The notes under the pieces are model-generated. The model was given only the letters and a program-made list of their open reading frames with translations. It was not told where the DNA came from and searched no databases. The translations under genes and the position numbers were made by a program. Positions 62,201 to 64,000 of a stretch of 64,000 bases of DNA are shown in pieces; position 1 is the stretch's first letter, and every line of letters starts with the position of its first letter. The stretch comes from Setoptus koraiensis (Eukaryota; Animalia; Arthropoda), in assembly GCA_048013815.1 (NCBI GenBank), contig CM106585.1, forward strand, positions 13,268,001-13,332,000. The letters run 5' to 3'.

Positions 62201-63594
62201 TGAAGTGGAGCCGATAGTGGCTTCGCTTGCCGGCTCTGCTGGTCCAGTGATAATAAATGGGGAATTATCAATAGCGCCACTTGTTTCACTTTGGATGCTT
62301 CACTCTCGCTTCTTCGCATTTGTTGCTGCCAACTTCATCATCGTCGGCGTCGTCGTCAGCGATACAGCCAGTGAATACAGATGCCAGTGAATAGAGGAAA
62401 CAACCACAACTGGACCACACTTGCAAGCTGGCTAATTATAGCTAGACTCGTGGACACACCAAAAACTCACTAACAGATGCCAATCTCACACTCAACTGAT
62501 TAGATTGAGCAACCACACACTTGCACACGCATCTGAATCAGATGATCTGATCTCTCTGTATTACAAAGTCTGTAATGAGATCAGATTAATTCCGACGAGC
62601 GCTGCACACAAATTGAATTACTATCGGAAGTTGGGTTTTTTCGTGGAGGCACGCATGTAACGTTGACATTTACAAGTCACTCTCAAACACTAGCTGCTCT
62701 GCGTGAGATCGCCAATTGAAAACTTTCCATTCATGGGGTGAGTGCTTAAATTGGCGAATTGTTCGCAAAATGACGCCACAAAGCCTGTCAATTGTCGTGG
62801 CCAGACATCGATCAACTAAACGAATTGAAATTCAGCCGTTCAACTGGAAATTGTTAATCGAGCGCCAGTGACACTATACTAGATAAATGACCCCATCAAG
62901 CTGTATGGATGGTCAGCTAAGACGCCAATGAGACAACTTTCACTGAGCAACAAGTAAAAGTTTCGAAACTCATTTGAGTCAAAATGCTTGATTCTCGATA
63001 TATTTTCGCCCGACGATGTGTGTGTTACCACATGTGGGGATAAACGATCAAAGACACGATGTGGCAATTATTGCAATTATCGTCTTTCGCTCCCCCTATT
63101 TACAACTATTTCTGGCTCGCTATCTATCACTGAGATTTACGTTCTCTATTTTAAACATCAAACGGAGAACTCGGTCGGCGGTTGCCAGTCAAGTCATAGG
63201 TCAGTCCAAGATTTTCGGCAACCATTAAATCATGAGACGACTTCAGCTAGACTAGCAATGCAAGTTGCACAGTGTTGCTACATGACTTTATAATCGGCTC
63301 ATATGAGGCAACACACATCACTTGATATGAGTTTTTCGTAGCCGACACCGTCTAAATGTATAAACCAATTGAGCTAATGAGATTATGTGTAAGTGGTGAT
63401 AGATGAGGTAGGCAGCCTAATGAACTCGCTGGCTGGCCGTGTGTGTGTGCCAAGTTGAAACCTTTCCCTCGCCTAAATCATTTCTGGAATGATTTCCGCC
63501 CAAAATGGATGCACTTGCGATGGTTTCCGTAGTCAACAATTTTTCTCGCTAACAAGCAACACAATATATCTAGACGAGAGTTTGCACCACCACA

Positions 63595-63640
63595 AACAAC
63601 AGCAACAACAACAACAACAACAACAACAACAGCAACAGCA
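63595..63640. repeat. CAA/CAG trinucleotide tract
   Basis: Direct reading. No gene context recognised. Confidence 0.9.
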
Positions 63641-64000
63641 AATTCAACGCCCGTGGCAAGAGCGAGAGAGCGAGAAAAGCTTGTTAAAAGCAAGCGAGTC
63701 TAATATCTCATTTATTATATCGTTCAAATTCAAGTTCAATGACACCCACTTTGCCTGTGTGCACTGTGTATCTGGACACGCAAGAACCGGATCAAAATGT
63801 TAATTATCTCGCTCGTTGTTGTTATTATTGGGGCGTAGAGGCATGGAACAGTCGTGATGGCGATGCAAATCTTGATATCTAAATATCTTTAGAACATAAG
63901 GTGGGGAGTCACTTCCACTTGCCAGCCAATAACGCTAATGTAACTCTGGCATGTTCTTGTGAGTTCCTGTTGTTGAAAAACTGCTGACTGCTGAGAACAA

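Overview
Eukaryotic (arthropod) genomic DNA, not prokaryotic. It has GT-AG introns with CTAAY branch points, very long single exons, and dense polyQ/polyN and (GT)n/(CT)n microsatellites. The intron-poor, low-complexity style suggests a mite, possibly an eriophyoid (inference). Six protein-coding genes are supported: an expansion-like atypical Smad/MH2 gene (+), an orphan secreted coiled-coil protein (-), a PAN/Apple+ZP apical-matrix protein (+), an SLC1/EAAT transporter (-), a three-exon secreted CBM14 chitin-binding protein (-) and a PCTAIRE (CDK16/17) kinase (-). An AT-richer island at about 6.7-12.4 kb holds a Tc1/mariner deletion derivative, a possible decayed Ty3/Gypsy gag and the orphan gene. 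Best leads: (1) the EAAT keeps its acidic-amino-acid binding residues but has substitutions at ligands of all three Na+ sites; (2) the orphan protein has three cysteines in exact heptad register, suggesting a disulfide-locked secreted rod; (3) the chitin-binding gene has a first intron whose expected acceptor reads GG, not AG; (4) a small MGCxxS dual-acylation ORF lies upstream of the EAAT. I found no tRNA, rRNA or CRISPR array. No searches were run, so all family comparisons rest on recalled consensus sequences.
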